Shown in pieces: positions 16,711 through 26,382 of a stretch of DNA of 64,000 nucleotides. The DNA comes from Escherichia coli (GTDB lineage Bacteria > Pseudomonadota > Gammaproteobacteria > Enterobacterales > Enterobacteriaceae): assembly GCF_022846255.1 (NCBI RefSeq), contig NZ_AP025682.1, one strand, 5' to 3'. Within the stretch, counting starts at the first letter, position 1. Every line of letters starts with the position of its first letter. The position numbers and the translations under genes are program-made. A model generated the notes under the pieces. It had not been told where the DNA came from, made no database searches, and saw only the letters and a list, made by a program, of their open reading frames with translations.

Positions 16711-17905
16711 TAATTATTTTACTTACTGATTTATAGACCTTTAGGACGACATCCTTCTCTTGTTGGGATATATATTTAAAATTGTATCTATTACACATGA
16801 TTGACTCCTTTGACCAACCCATTAGATAATTCCTTAAATCTTTCCTTCTACTATATTCTAATTCAGCGCCTTCAATTCCTTTAGAATACATATAATTCCA
16901 AGAGTGCCTTAACCTATGACCTGAAAGATTATATAGCTTTGGACTTGCTCGTTTCAGTGTTGATATCACCTTCTCATAAGCTGAAATGCTTAAGGGTTCT
17001 CCTGCGTTTTTTCCGGTGCAATGAGCCACGAATAAGAAATTATGTTTTTTCCTTTTTGTCATTTTTTCCCTGCTATTGCTTATGTAATCAAAAATTTCAC
17101 TGGCTAACTCATCAGATAACGGAATAACCCTTTCTCCAGTCTTTACTAATGGCTGATAAGCTCTTCCATCTTCTTTTGAATCATGTCTTCTGACTACACT
17201 TAAAGTGTTGTCTCTGAGATCAAAATCATCTATTTTAAGATTGAGCAACTCTCCAGCCCTTAAACCTAAATTTAAGAGCAAGGTAAATATTAGTCTGTTC
17301 CTGACCTGTACTTCCTTATGAAAAGGGTTTTCAATCCCACCAATTTCCAATAGACGGAAAAGCACATTGATCTCTTCTTCATTTAACGATTTTTCAGATA
17401 TTTCATTCATATTCAATGAACTGTTTCTTGGAATATGTGCTCTGATACTTTCAATAAATACTTCTACTTCATACTTTGCATGAATCCCCTTTGACGAATG
17501 AACTAATCCACATAACCACTTAAGGTAGCGTGAAAAAACGTGTACTCTATAACTAAAGGTTCTCTTTGCAATAAACCTATTACTTGCTGATTTTATATTT
17601 ATAATTTTTTGTCTATCGAATCTTTGTTTCGCATATCTTACCAGATCATCTATTTCTGCAACGCTGAGATACTTTTTAAGCTCAATTCTCTCAACTATAT
17701 TAATTTTCCTACTATCTAAGAAATTACTAAAAATTAGTAAGTTAGTTGCAACTATTTCCATAGTTGAGGCGGTTGCGCCTCTATTTCTTATGTCTGTAGT
17801 AAGAAATAGATTTTGATAGTAAGCTGGTAGATTACTATTTTTATCAAGGATCAGGCATCCTCGCTCCCCATTACTCATGATGAATTTCTTTACTTTATAT
17901 CCCAT
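16700..17905 (-). CDS. tyrosine recombinase, first of trio (401 aa)
   Basis: NLGLRAGELLNLK (Arg), SGHRLRHSWNY (HxxR), MCNRYNFKY (Tyr). Confidence 0.7.
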   Translation of the reverse strand: MGYKVKKFIMSNGERGCLILDKNSNLPAYYQNLFLTTDIRNRGATASTMEIVATNLLIFSNFLDSRKINIVERIELKKYLSVAEIDDLVRYAKQRFDRQKIINIKSASNRFIAKRTFSYRVHVFSRYLKWLCGLVHSSKGIHAKYEVEVFIESIRAHIPRNSSLNMNEISEKSLNEEEINVLFRLLEIGGIENPFHKEVQVRNRLIFTLLLNLGLRAGELLNLKIDDFDLRDNTLSVVRRHDSKEDGRAYQPLVKTGERVIPLSDELASEIFDYISNSREKMTKRKKHNFLFVAHCTGKNAGEPLSISAYEKVISTLKRASPKLYNLSGHRLRHSWNYMYSKGIEGAELEYSRRKDLRNYLMGWSKESIMCNRYNFKYISQQEKDVVLKVYKSVSKIISGV

Positions 17906-18030
17906 TTTGACCTCATTCTTTACAAATTAATATCACTCTCACTTATTAAATATATTCCAATTCAAAATAATTCAAATTTTTTACAATGGCTTTAGTTTAT
18001 TTGGTATATATATTAATGGCTTGAAAAAAT

Positions 18031-18048
18031 TTATTTGACGTCAAATAA
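18031..18048. repeat. perfect 18-bp palindrome TTATTTGACGTCAAATAA upstream of the recombinase trio
   Basis: Read directly. A related half-site TACGTCAAATAT occurs at 18142-18153. Confidence 0.6.
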
Positions 18049-18287
18049 ACAGGTACGGCTAGTATTGAGTATCCATACCCGATATTAAGAAAACCATCTT
18101 CAACCCTTATAGCAAAAGCTCTGCTAGAAAAAAGGTAAAGAATTACGTCAAATATACTTATTTTTCAGATACAAACTTTACAAAGCCTCTTTTTTTTCAA
18201 AGCCACTAAGTAAACTCAAAAGATCTCTAAATTCCTTTTTCTTAATACATTATCAAAAGTTAAAAAATCCATGAAGCAGCATTCCTG

Positions 18288-18491
18288 TTAAGCGACATGC
18301 TTTCTTGAATTTTCGATAATTAATTGAATCCATTCATCGATTTCGCTTTCTACAAAAGCGGTAGCACGAATACCGATCTTTACTGGCTGTGGGAACCGAT
18401 TTTGGCTGATAAGACGATAGATCCACGCTTTACCAAATCCAGTTTTCTTCATGACTTCTGGTAAACGGATGAGACGAGCTTGATTTTCCAT
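18288..18491 (-). CDS. AlpA-family DNA-binding protein (excisionase/regulator type)
   Basis: From MENQARLIRLPEVMKKTGFGKAWIYRLISQNRFPQPVKIGIRATAFVESEIDEWI, the typical AlpA/MerR-like HTH sequence. I rejected the longer ORF start at 18575. Confidence 0.75.
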   Translation of the reverse strand: MENQARLIRLPEVMKKTGFGKAWIYRLISQNRFPQPVKIGIRATAFVESEIDEWIQLIIENSRKHVA

Positions 18492-18611
18492 ATGTATGTC
18501 CTCTGTTGTGTCTACAGGGCTACAGTACAAATGAATTTCGAATGGATGAAGCGAGATTACGAACATCAGAGCCATCCCTGGCTCGAAACTATGAGTCTCT
18601 GGAGATTCATA

Positions 18612-19481
18612 TCACTCAGAGTCTGAGAGTTTCATAACATCCGAAACCCTCATTTCTTTAACATGCTGATTTTTATTGATAAAAAAGTTAAATTGCCTTA
18701 AAAAATCAATTTCTACAGTTTTCATTGCGAAAGGCCGATCAGCATCTCTTATATGATATCCTTGGCGAATCGCCTTATCATCATCTTCATCCGTGTATAG
18801 CAATCGAGATAATCTGTCGTCTGACAGAAGTAATTTTTTTCTTTCTGACCATGCGAGCAAATCAAGCATAGGGATAATTCGATAGCTAATTAATTTTTTT
18901 ATTGCCCCATAACCAAATCTGACTGCATCAAGTGGTGCAGGTTTAACGCCTTTTACTTTTCGCCATTGTGGTAATGATACTCGCAGGGCCTCAGCTATCT
19001 CATCATCGCTTCCACCCGCAAGATCGATTTCTAACATAATCGTAGTAGGAAACTGTTCAGGAATTTTTTCGGAAATATATTCATTTTCAATAGTGGAATC
19101 AATTTTATATTGTTCTGTATTTGCTCTAATGAATAAAGCCTTTCTCATACAATCAAAACTGATATTTGCTATTCGATCAACAGTAGTAATAAAAAAGTAT
19201 GGGGGTTGATATAATTTATTTTCGGCATCCATATAATTTAAGTGCTTCTCTTTGATAAGAAAAGGATCACCATCCAATATCTGCATATAATTTTTCAATA
19301 CTGTTTTCTGCATTCCTTCTTCTATTACTGGTTTGAAAAAATAGGTTCTCGCCCATATTTCATGGTAAAGCATATTAATAGAAATGTTTTCAAACCCTCG
19401 ATATTTGTCCAAATCAAACCACGTTTTCACTGCTTTGGTGTCTTCTGATGTCCAACTATTCATTTTTACCCAAGATTTCAT
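18612..19481 (-). CDS. hypothetical protein between integrase and alpA-like gene
   Basis: ORF of ~290 aa. The start is ambiguous: ATG at 19481 with GGAG upstream, or GTG at 19523. No family recognised. Confidence 0.45.
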   Translation of the reverse strand: MKSWVKMNSWTSEDTKAVKTWFDLDKYRGFENISINMLYHEIWARTYFFKPVIEEGMQKTVLKNYMQILDGDPFLIKEKHLNYMDAENKLYQPPYFFITTVDRIANISFDCMRKALFIRANTEQYKIDSTIENEYISEKIPEQFPTTIMLEIDLAGGSDDEIAEALRVSLPQWRKVKGVKPAPLDAVRFGYGAIKKLISYRIIPMLDLLAWSERKKLLLSDDRLSRLLYTDEDDDKAIRQGYHIRDADRPFAMKTVEIDFLRQFNFFINKNQHVKEMRVSDVMKLSDSE

Positions 19482-19592
19482 TAATGCCACTCCGTTGTAA
19501 AAAGTTTTACTTCGTAATAGCACATAAATCGCAAATAAAAAAATGGCGTCTCAATTGGTTATTGAATACGCCATTTTACTCATAAAAATCAG

Positions 19593-20840
19593 TTAGTTAT
19601 TAAAATCAAAAGGTGCAATTCTTCTCTTAGTTGTTTCATCAAGATAATCAGCCCACCACTGCAACATCAACCTACGCTCATCCAAATGCTCAGCTTTATG
19701 AATGTATGCGGCACGAACGGAGTTCCGCTCCTGATGGCTCATCTGCCTCTCAACAGCATCTCTCGACCACTTTCCTGACTCGATCAAAGCACTACAAGCC
19801 ATCGCTCTAAAACCATGCCCACATACCTCAACGGTTGTGTCATAACCCATCGCCCTGAGCGCCTTGTTCACTGTGTTTTCGCTCATAGGTTTTCTGAAAT
19901 CATGATCGCCAATGAATACCAGGTCGCATTCGCCGCTGATTTCTCTGATGGCTTTTAGAAGTTCTAAAGCCTGACGACTTAACGGCACGAGGTGTGGGGT
20001 CTTCATTTTTGAACCTCGATGGGAATGTTTGACTCCTGGCAATAGCTCGCGTTCTCCAGGGATAGTCCACATCGCATTTTCAAAGTCGATCTCCGACCAT
20101 CTTGCGAATCGGAGTTCAATGGAACGGATAAAAATGAGCAATGTCAGCTTCACAGCTAATTTAGTAAGTTTCCTACCTTTAAAGCTTTCAATGCGCTCTA
20201 AAAGCTCTGAGAACCTATCAAATGGTAAGGCTGGTCTGTGGGTTCGTTTCGCAACTGTAATTGCCCCAGACATATCTTGTGCTGGATTGTAGTCAATTAA
20301 GCCATTCTGGACGGCATATCGCATTACTGCCGTAGTCCTTTGCTGTAGTCGGGAAGCAACTTCCAGTCGTCCAGAAGCTTCAACGGCCTTGATAGGGGCG
20401 ATAAGATCTCTGGTATTAAGCTCGGATATTTTTCTTTTACCAATAGCAGTAAAGAGACCATCCTCCATGCTTTTTAGAACTCTTTCGCTGTGAGAATCTG
20501 ACCATTTCCTTTTACAGGCAGTATGCCAGTCCCTTGCAACAGCTTCGAATGTCAGGGCTTCGCTTTGCTCAATCTTATCTGCTTTTTTCTTTTCAGAAGG
20601 ATCGATACCATCAGATACCAACTTTTTGGCTTCATCTCGCTTCCTGCGGGCTTCACCAAGAGAGACCATTGGATAAACACCCAATGCTAAAACTTTCTGT
20701 TTGCCCCCGAAACGGTATTGGAGTCGCCAGTACTTTGAACCATTGGGGTTGATCAGCAGGTGCATACCCTGCCCATCTGTGAGTTTGAAAGGTTTATCGG
20801 AGGGCTTTGTTGTTCGAACTTTGATATCAGTGAGTGCCAT
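19593..20840 (-). CDS. P4-type tyrosine integrase (intact, 415 aa)
   Basis: N-terminal arm-binding type sequence MALTDIKVRTTKPSDKPFKLTDGQGMHLLINPNGSKYWRLQYRFGGKQK. Catalytic region includes GHGFRAMACS (HxxR) and AAYIHKAE (Tyr). It sits adjacent to the tRNA 3' end. Confidence 0.9.
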   Translation of the reverse strand: MALTDIKVRTTKPSDKPFKLTDGQGMHLLINPNGSKYWRLQYRFGGKQKVLALGVYPMVSLGEARRKRDEAKKLVSDGIDPSEKKKADKIEQSEALTFEAVARDWHTACKRKWSDSHSERVLKSMEDGLFTAIGKRKISELNTRDLIAPIKAVEASGRLEVASRLQQRTTAVMRYAVQNGLIDYNPAQDMSGAITVAKRTHRPALPFDRFSELLERIESFKGRKLTKLAVKLTLLIFIRSIELRFARWSEIDFENAMWTIPGERELLPGVKHSHRGSKMKTPHLVPLSRQALELLKAIREISGECDLVFIGDHDFRKPMSENTVNKALRAMGYDTTVEVCGHGFRAMACSALIESGKWSRDAVERQMSHQERNSVRAAYIHKAEHLDERRLMLQWWADYLDETTKRRIAPFDFNN

Positions 20841-21029
20841 CAGTTGATACCTCCATTGTTGGTACCAAAATCAATCGAACCGAGAATACCATCAGTTATA
20901 CCATCATCGGTTGGTATATGTTCAAGGAATTGAGTAGACGTGAACAGACTAAGCCAAGTCAGAAACTCGCTTAACTTACTGTTTTTTTGGACTAAAGTAG
21001 ACGTTAGTAGACTTGAAAAAAGCTTTGTA

Positions 21030-21114
21030 TGGTGCCGAAGGCCGGACTCGAACCGGCACGTATTTCTACGGTTGATTTTGAATCAACTGCGTCTACCGAT
21101 TTCGCCACTTCGGC
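21030..21114 (-). tRNA. leuX: tRNA-Leu (anticodon CAA)
   Basis: The reverse complement reads GCCGAAGTGGCGAAATCGGTAGACGCAGTTGATTCAAAATCAACCGTAGAAATACGTGCCGGTTCGAGTCCGGCCTTCGGCACCA. It is 85 nt with a long variable arm, CAA in the anticodon loop and an encoded CCA. Confidence 0.95.
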
Positions 21115-21309
21115 ACTGAAGAGGTATGCGGAAAACGTTGTGAATTATACCTGTCACGCGCCACCATGCAAGCGCCAGCTTGCTCGCACCTCGCTAAGTG
21201 CTGAAATTTTCAGCATTGCATACCGCGATGTGTAACCTTTGTCACACTCCAGGCACCCCGCCCTGCCATGCTCTACACTTCCCAGACCACACCAGAGAAG
21301 GACCAAAAA

Positions 21310-22329
21310 ATGTCGATGATAAAAAGCTATGCCGCAAAAGAAGCGGGTGGCGAACTGGAAGTTTATGAGTACGATCCCGGTGAACTGAAGCCACAAGATG
21401 TTGAAGTGCAGGTGGATTACTGCGGGATCTGTCATTCCGATCTGTCAATGATCGATAATGAATGGGGATTTTCACAATATCCACTGGTTGCCGGGCATGA
21501 GGTGATTGGTCGCGTAGTGGCGCTCGGGAGTGCCGCGCAGGATAAAGGTTTGCAGGTCGGTCAGCGTGTCGGGATTGGCTGGACGGCGCGTAGCTGCGGG
21601 CATTGCGATGCCTGTATTAGCGGTAATCAGATCAACTGCGAGCAAGGTGCGGTGCCAACAATTATGAATCGCGGCGGTTTTGCCGAGAAGTTGCGTGCAG
21701 ACTGGCAATGGGTGATCCCACTGCCGGAAAATATCGATATCGAGTCCGCCGGGCCGCTGCTGTGTGGTGGTATCACGGTCTTTAAACCGCTGTTGATGCA
21801 CCATATCACTGCCACCAGCCGCGTTGGGGTAATTGGTATTGGCGGGCTGGGGCATATAGCTATAAAACTTCTGCACGCAATGGGATGCGAGGTGACAGCC
21901 TTTAGTTCTAATCCGGCGAAAGAGCAGGAAGTGCTGGCGATGGGTGCCGATAAAGTGGTGAATAGCCGCGATCCACAGGCACTGAAAGCACTGGCGGGGC
22001 AGTTTGATCTCATTATCAACACCGTCAACGTCAGCCTCGACTGGCAGCCCTATTTTGAGGCGCTGACCTATGGCGGTAATTTCCATACGGTCGGTGCGGT
22101 CCTCACGCCGCTGTCTGTTCCGGCCTTTACGTTAATTGCGGGCGACCGCAGCGTCTCTGGTTCAGCAACCGGTACACCTTATGAGTTGCGTAAGCTGATG
22201 CGCTTTGCCGCCCGCAGCAAGGTTGTGCCGACTACCGAACTGTTCCCGATGTCGAAAATTAACGACGCCATCCAGCATGTGCGCGATGGTAAAGCGCGCT
22301 ACCGCGTGGTGTTGAAAGCAGATTTTTGA
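21310..22329 (+). CDS. ahr: NADPH-dependent aldehyde reductase (Zn-ADH family)
   Basis: [26 protein letters not shown]... with GHEVIG and Cys-rich Zn motifs. Recognised as E. coli Ahr/YjgB. I chose the start at MSMIKS rather than the extended ORF. Confidence 0.9.
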   Translation: MSMIKSYAAKEAGGELEVYEYDPGELKPQDVEVQVDYCGICHSDLSMIDNEWGFSQYPLVAGHEVIGRVVALGSAAQDKGLQVGQRVGIGWTARSCGHCDACISGNQINCEQGAVPTIMNRGGFAEKLRADWQWVIPLPENIDIESAGPLLCGGITVFKPLLMHHITATSRVGVIGIGGLGHIAIKLLHAMGCEVTAFSSNPAKEQEVLAMGADKVVNSRDPQALKALAGQFDLIINTVNVSLDWQPYFEALTYGGNFHTVGAVLTPLSVPAFTLIAGDRSVSGSATGTPYELRKLMRFAARSKVVPTTELFPMSKINDAIQHVRDGKARYRVVLKADF

Positions 22330-22332
22330 AAA

Positions 22333-22896
22333 TCATTCGCAGCGCTGATCTGAGGCGCTGCCCTCTTTCGCACATATTCTGTTTTGTCTTATCGCCAGCA
22401 CAGCCTGCCGACATTGTTCGGTGACATTGGCAATATCATGGTTGATATCAATGCGCACAATATCCTGCTCATCTTCTTGTGGACGCTCCAGTGCCTCAAA
22501 CTGACTTTTTAGTAACGCTACCGGCATAAAATGCCCAGCCCGACGCTGCATTCGCGCGAGAATAGTTTCATAGTCGCCATCTAACCAGAGGAAATGAACA
22601 TGGGGGCTACCCTTGCGTAAAATATCACGATACTGTTTTTTTAATGATGAACAGACAATAAATCCTGTTTCATTCTTTTTATAAAGACTGTATGAAGCAT
22701 CATTTAAGCGTTCCAGCCAGGGAAGTCGATCTTCATCAGATAATGGAATACCCTGCGACATTTTATCTATATTTTTGGCTGGATGAAGATCGTCACCATC
22801 AATAAATTTAGCAGATAATAACGCGGCAACCTTGCTACCAATTAATGTTTTACCACTCCCTGAAACACCCATCAAAATAAAGCTTTCACCCGCCAT
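22333..22896 (-). CDS. idnK: gluconate kinase (thermosensitive)
   Basis: P-loop GVSGSGKT. 187 aa. Divergent from idnD as in E. coli. Confidence 0.92.
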   Translation of the reverse strand: MAGESFILMGVSGSGKTLIGSKVAALLSAKFIDGDDLHPAKNIDKMSQGIPLSDEDRLPWLERLNDASYSLYKKNETGFIVCSSLKKQYRDILRKGSPHVHFLWLDGDYETILARMQRRAGHFMPVALLKSQFEALERPQEDEQDIVRIDINHDIANVTEQCRQAVLAIRQNRICAKEGSASDQRCE

Positions 22897-22997
22897 TTAA
22901 AATCTCCTGAATCATCTTACCTGCGGCGATACTACGCCTGGTGGCATAATAATTTCACGTTTTTTTATTTCTGCTGATAAGAATTACAAGGCACATC

Positions 22998-23013
22998 ACG
23001 TTATGCGTAACAT
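22998..23013. promoter_or_regulatory. candidate IdnR/GntR operator in the idnK-idnD divergent promoter
   Basis: ACGTTA-TGCG-TAACAT is one mismatch from the ATGTTA-N4-TAACAT GntR-type palindrome. Confidence 0.5.
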
Positions 23014-23112
23014 AGTAATGTAACAATTTTCTGACGTGATCTTCATCACAAATAATGACAATTAAAACCGCTTAAATGCTTCCGAGGTGTCTACCTGACC
23101 AGTGAGGAATTT

Positions 23113-24144
23113 ATGCAAGTGAAAACACAGTCCTGCGTTGTTGCGGGCAAGAAAACTGTTGCCGTTACCGAGCAGACGATAGATTGGAATAATAATGGAA
23201 CATTAGTACAAATAACCCGAGGTGGAATTTGCGGTTCCGATTTACATTATTATCAGGAAGGAAAAGTAGGTAATTTCATGATAAAGGCACCGATGGTGTT
23301 AGGTCATGAAGTTATCGGTAAAGTTATTCATAGCGACTCATCAGAATTACATGAAGGGCAAACGGTAGCCATTAATCCGTCTAAACCGTGCGGTCACTGC
23401 AAATACTGCATTGAACATAACGAGAATCAGTGTACAGAGATGCGTTTTTTTGGCAGTGCCATGTATTTCCCTCATGTTGATGGTGGCTTTACCCGTTATA
23501 AAATGGTCGAAACGTCGCAATGTGTCCCTTATCCGGCCAAAGCTGACGAAAAGGTTATAGCTTTTGCCGAACCTTTAGCCGTCGCGATTCATGCCGCACA
23601 TCAGGCCGGCGAGTTACAGGGCAAGCGAGTATTTATTTCTGGTGTTGGGCCCATTGGCTGCCTGATTGTCAGTGCAGTGAAAACACTGGGGGCCGCGGAA
23701 ATTGTCTGTGCCGATGTGAGTCCCCGTTCCCTTTCGCTGGGCAAAGAGATGGGGGCGGATGTGCTCGTAAACCCACAAAACGACGACATGGATCACTGGA
23801 AAGCGGAAAAAGGCTATTTCGATGTCAGCTTTGAAGTGTCCGGTCATCCTTCATCAGTGAATACCTGTCTGGAGGTCACTCGTGCACGCGGCGTAATGGT
23901 GCAGGTAGGTATGGGAGGCGCGATGGCAGAATTCCCAATGATGACATTGATTGGTAAGGAGATTTCACTCAAAGGCTCTTTCCGTTTTACCAGCGAATTT
24001 AATACCGCAGTGTCATGGCTGGCGAATGGCGTTATTAATCCACTGCCTTTACTGAGTGCTGAATATCCCTTCACTGACCTGGAAGAGGCGCTACGTTTCG
24101 CCGGTGATAAAACCCAGGCAGCAAAAGTCCAGCTTGTTTTCTAA
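23113..24144 (+). CDS. idnD: L-idonate 5-dehydrogenase
   Basis: Zn-ADH family, GHEVIG, 343 aa, idn operon context. Confidence 0.92.
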   Translation: MQVKTQSCVVAGKKTVAVTEQTIDWNNNGTLVQITRGGICGSDLHYYQEGKVGNFMIKAPMVLGHEVIGKVIHSDSSELHEGQTVAINPSKPCGHCKYCIEHNENQCTEMRFFGSAMYFPHVDGGFTRYKMVETSQCVPYPAKADEKVIAFAEPLAVAIHAAHQAGELQGKRVFISGVGPIGCLIVSAVKTLGAAEIVCADVSPRSLSLGKEMGADVLVNPQNDDMDHWKAEKGYFDVSFEVSGHPSSVNTCLEVTRARGVMVQVGMGGAMAEFPMMTLIGKEISLKGSFRFTSEFNTAVSWLANGVINPLPLLSAEYPFTDLEEALRFAGDKTQAAKVQLVF

Positions 24145-24167
24145 GAGATAAATAAAGGAATAATACA

Positions 24168-24932
24168 ATGAACGATCTATTTTCACTGGCAGGAAAAAAT
24201 ATCTTGATTACCGGTTCAGCACAGGGCATTGGCTTTTTACTGGCAACCGGCCTGGGTAAATATGGCGCACAAATAATTATTAATGATATTACTGCCGAAC
24301 GCGCAGAACTTGCTGTAGAAAAACTCCACCAGGAGGGTATTCAGGCCGTTGCCGCACCTTTTAATGTTACTCATAAACATGAAATTGATGCCGCCGTTGA
24401 ACATATCGAAAAGGACATCGGCCCCATTGATGTGCTGGTGAATAACGCCGGTATCCAGCGCCGTCATCCTTTTACTGAGTTCCCTGAACAAGAGTGGAAT
24501 GATGTGATCGCAGTAAACCAGACCGCCGTGTTCCTGGTGTCGCAAGCGGTAACTCGTCACATGGTTGAACGCAAGGCAGGTAAAGTTATTAATATTTGCT
24601 CGATGCAAAGCGAACTGGGACGTGACACCATCACCCCTTATGCCGCATCGAAAGGGGCGGTAAAAATGCTCACCCGCGGCATGTGCGTCGAGCTGGCGCG
24701 CCACAATATTCAGGTCAACGGTATTGCGCCGGGCTATTTCAAAACAGAAATGACTAAAGCACTGGTTGAGGACGAAGCCTTCACCGCCTGGTTGTGCAAA
24801 CGGACCCCCGCCGCACGCTGGGGAGATCCGCAGGAACTGATTGGTGCTGCGGTGTTCCTTTCTTCAAAAGCCTCTGATTTCGTAAACGGCCACCTGTTGT
24901 TTGTTGATGGCGGCATGTTAGTGGCTGTTTAA
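24168..24932 (+). CDS. idnO: 5-keto-D-gluconate 5-reductase (SDR)
   Basis: TGSAQGIG cofactor motif, YAASK catalytic motif, 254 aa. Confidence 0.92.
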   Translation: MNDLFSLAGKNILITGSAQGIGFLLATGLGKYGAQIIINDITAERAELAVEKLHQEGIQAVAAPFNVTHKHEIDAAVEHIEKDIGPIDVLVNNAGIQRRHPFTEFPEQEWNDVIAVNQTAVFLVSQAVTRHMVERKAGKVINICSMQSELGRDTITPYAASKGAVKMLTRGMCVELARHNIQVNGIAPGYFKTEMTKALVEDEAFTAWLCKRTPAARWGDPQELIGAAVFLSSKASDFVNGHLLFVDGGMLVAV

Positions 24933-24996
24933 CAGCTACTACCCTACGTGCAGCGCGAAAGCGCTGCTTTTCTGGCACTAATAAGAGATAAAGACT

Positions 24997-26316
24997 ATGC
25001 CATTAATCATTATTGCGGCAGGCGTCGCGCTGCTTCTTATCCTGATGATCGGCTTTAAAGTTAACGGCTTTATTGCCCTCGTTCTGGTCGCTGCCGTCGT
25101 CGGATTTGCCGAAGGGATGGATGCACAGGCCGTCCTGCACTCTATACAAAATGGTATCGGCAGCACACTCGGCGGGCTGGCAATGATCCTCGGTTTCGGG
25201 GCCATGTTAGGCAAGCTGATTTCTGATACGGGCGCGGCACAACGTATCGCCACTACGCTGATTGCTACTTTTGGTAAAAAACGCGTGCAATGGGCGCTAG
25301 TGATCACCGGTCTGGTTGTGGGCCTCGCCATGTTTTTTGAAGTGGGTTTTGTCCTGCTGTTGCCGTTGGTATTTACCATCGTGGCATCATCTGGATTACC
25401 CCTGTTGTATGTTGGCGTACCGATGGTAGCAGCGCTCTCTGTAACCCACTGTTTTCTGCCGCCACATCCAGGGCCTACTGCCATCGCGACTATCTTTGAG
25501 GCTAATCTCGGAACGACTTTACTGTATGGATTTATCATTACCATTCCGACAGTTATTGTCGCAGGACCGCTGTTTTCTAAACTGCTAACTCGCTTTGAGA
25601 AAGCACCACCGGAAGGCTTATTTAATCCTCATCTGTTTAGCGAAGAGGAGATGCCCTCCTTCTGGAACAGTATTTTTGCTGCAGTGATCCCGGTCATCCT
25701 GATGGCTATCGCCGCCGTTTGTGAAATTACGTTACCGAAAACTAACACCGTGCGCCTCTTCTTTGAATTTGTCGGTAACCCTGCCGTTGCGCTGTTTATT
25801 GCCATTGTTATTGCGATTTTCACACTGGGCCGACGTAATGGACGCACCATCGAGCAAATCATGGATATCATTGGGGATTCTATAGGCGCTATCGCGATGA
25901 TTGTGTTTATTATCGCTGGCGGCGGCGCGTTTAAGCAGGTATTAGTAGATAGCGGTGTCGGGCAGTATATTTCACACTTAATGACCGGAACTACGCTTTC
26001 GCCGTTATTGATGTGCTGGACTGTCGCGGCGCTGTTGCGTATCGCTCTGGGCTCTGCCACCGTCGCGGCCATTACCACCGCGGGTGTGGTGTTGCCGATT
26101 ATCAACGTTACCCATGCCGATCCCGCTTTAATGGTACTGGCAACTGGTGCGGGCAGCGTGATCGCGTCACACGTAAACGACCCTGGCTTCTGGCTATTTA
26201 AAGGGTATTTTAATCTGACGGTTGGTGAAACGTTGCGTACCTGGACGGTGATGGAAACCCTTATTTCTATTATGGGTTTGCTGGGCGTGTTAGCCATTAA
26301 CGCCGTATTGCACTGA
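24997..26316 (+). CDS. idnT: L-idonate/5-ketogluconate/gluconate transporter (GntP family)
   Basis: Polytopic 439-aa membrane protein in idn operon order. Confidence 0.92.
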   Translation: MPLIIIAAGVALLLILMIGFKVNGFIALVLVAAVVGFAEGMDAQAVLHSIQNGIGSTLGGLAMILGFGAMLGKLISDTGAAQRIATTLIATFGKKRVQWALVITGLVVGLAMFFEVGFVLLLPLVFTIVASSGLPLLYVGVPMVAALSVTHCFLPPHPGPTAIATIFEANLGTTLLYGFIITIPTVIVAGPLFSKLLTRFEKAPPEGLFNPHLFSEEEMPSFWNSIFAAVIPVILMAIAAVCEITLPKTNTVRLFFEFVGNPAVALFIAIVIAIFTLGRRNGRTIEQIMDIIGDSIGAIAMIVFIIAGGGAFKQVLVDSGVGQYISHLMTGTTLSPLLMCWTVAALLRIALGSATVAAITTAGVVLPIINVTHADPALMVLATGAGSVIASHVNDPGFWLFKGYFNLTVGETLRTWTVMETLISIMGLLGVLAINAVLH

Positions 26317-26382
26317 AAGAATAAAATATTGTGATGTAGTTTCGGGGGAAGATTGAAGATTCCCCCGACGTTGGGAGAAGTT

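Larger units (their letters stand above)
2941..21029. mobile_element. leuX-integrated genomic island, ~18 kb, AT-rich (candidate integrative mobilisable element)
   Basis: Bounded by the tRNA 3' end and its 23-nt direct repeat. An integrase lies next to the tRNA, together with an AlpA-like gene and a MobC/relaxase pair. Base composition is clearly AT-richer than the flanking backbone (judged by eye, not computed). Confidence 0.8.

Noticed and set aside
18492-18575. N-terminal extension of the AlpA-like ORF (MALMFVISLHPFEIHLY...)
   Set aside because: AlpA-family proteins are about 60-70 aa and begin just before the HTH. The internal start MENQARLIRLPEV fits that, and the extension has no supporting signals.
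21029-21235. 68-aa plus-strand ORF starting MVPKAGLEPARIS
   Set aside because: Its 5' part is simply the reverse strand of tRNA-Leu leuX. It is an artefactual ORF.
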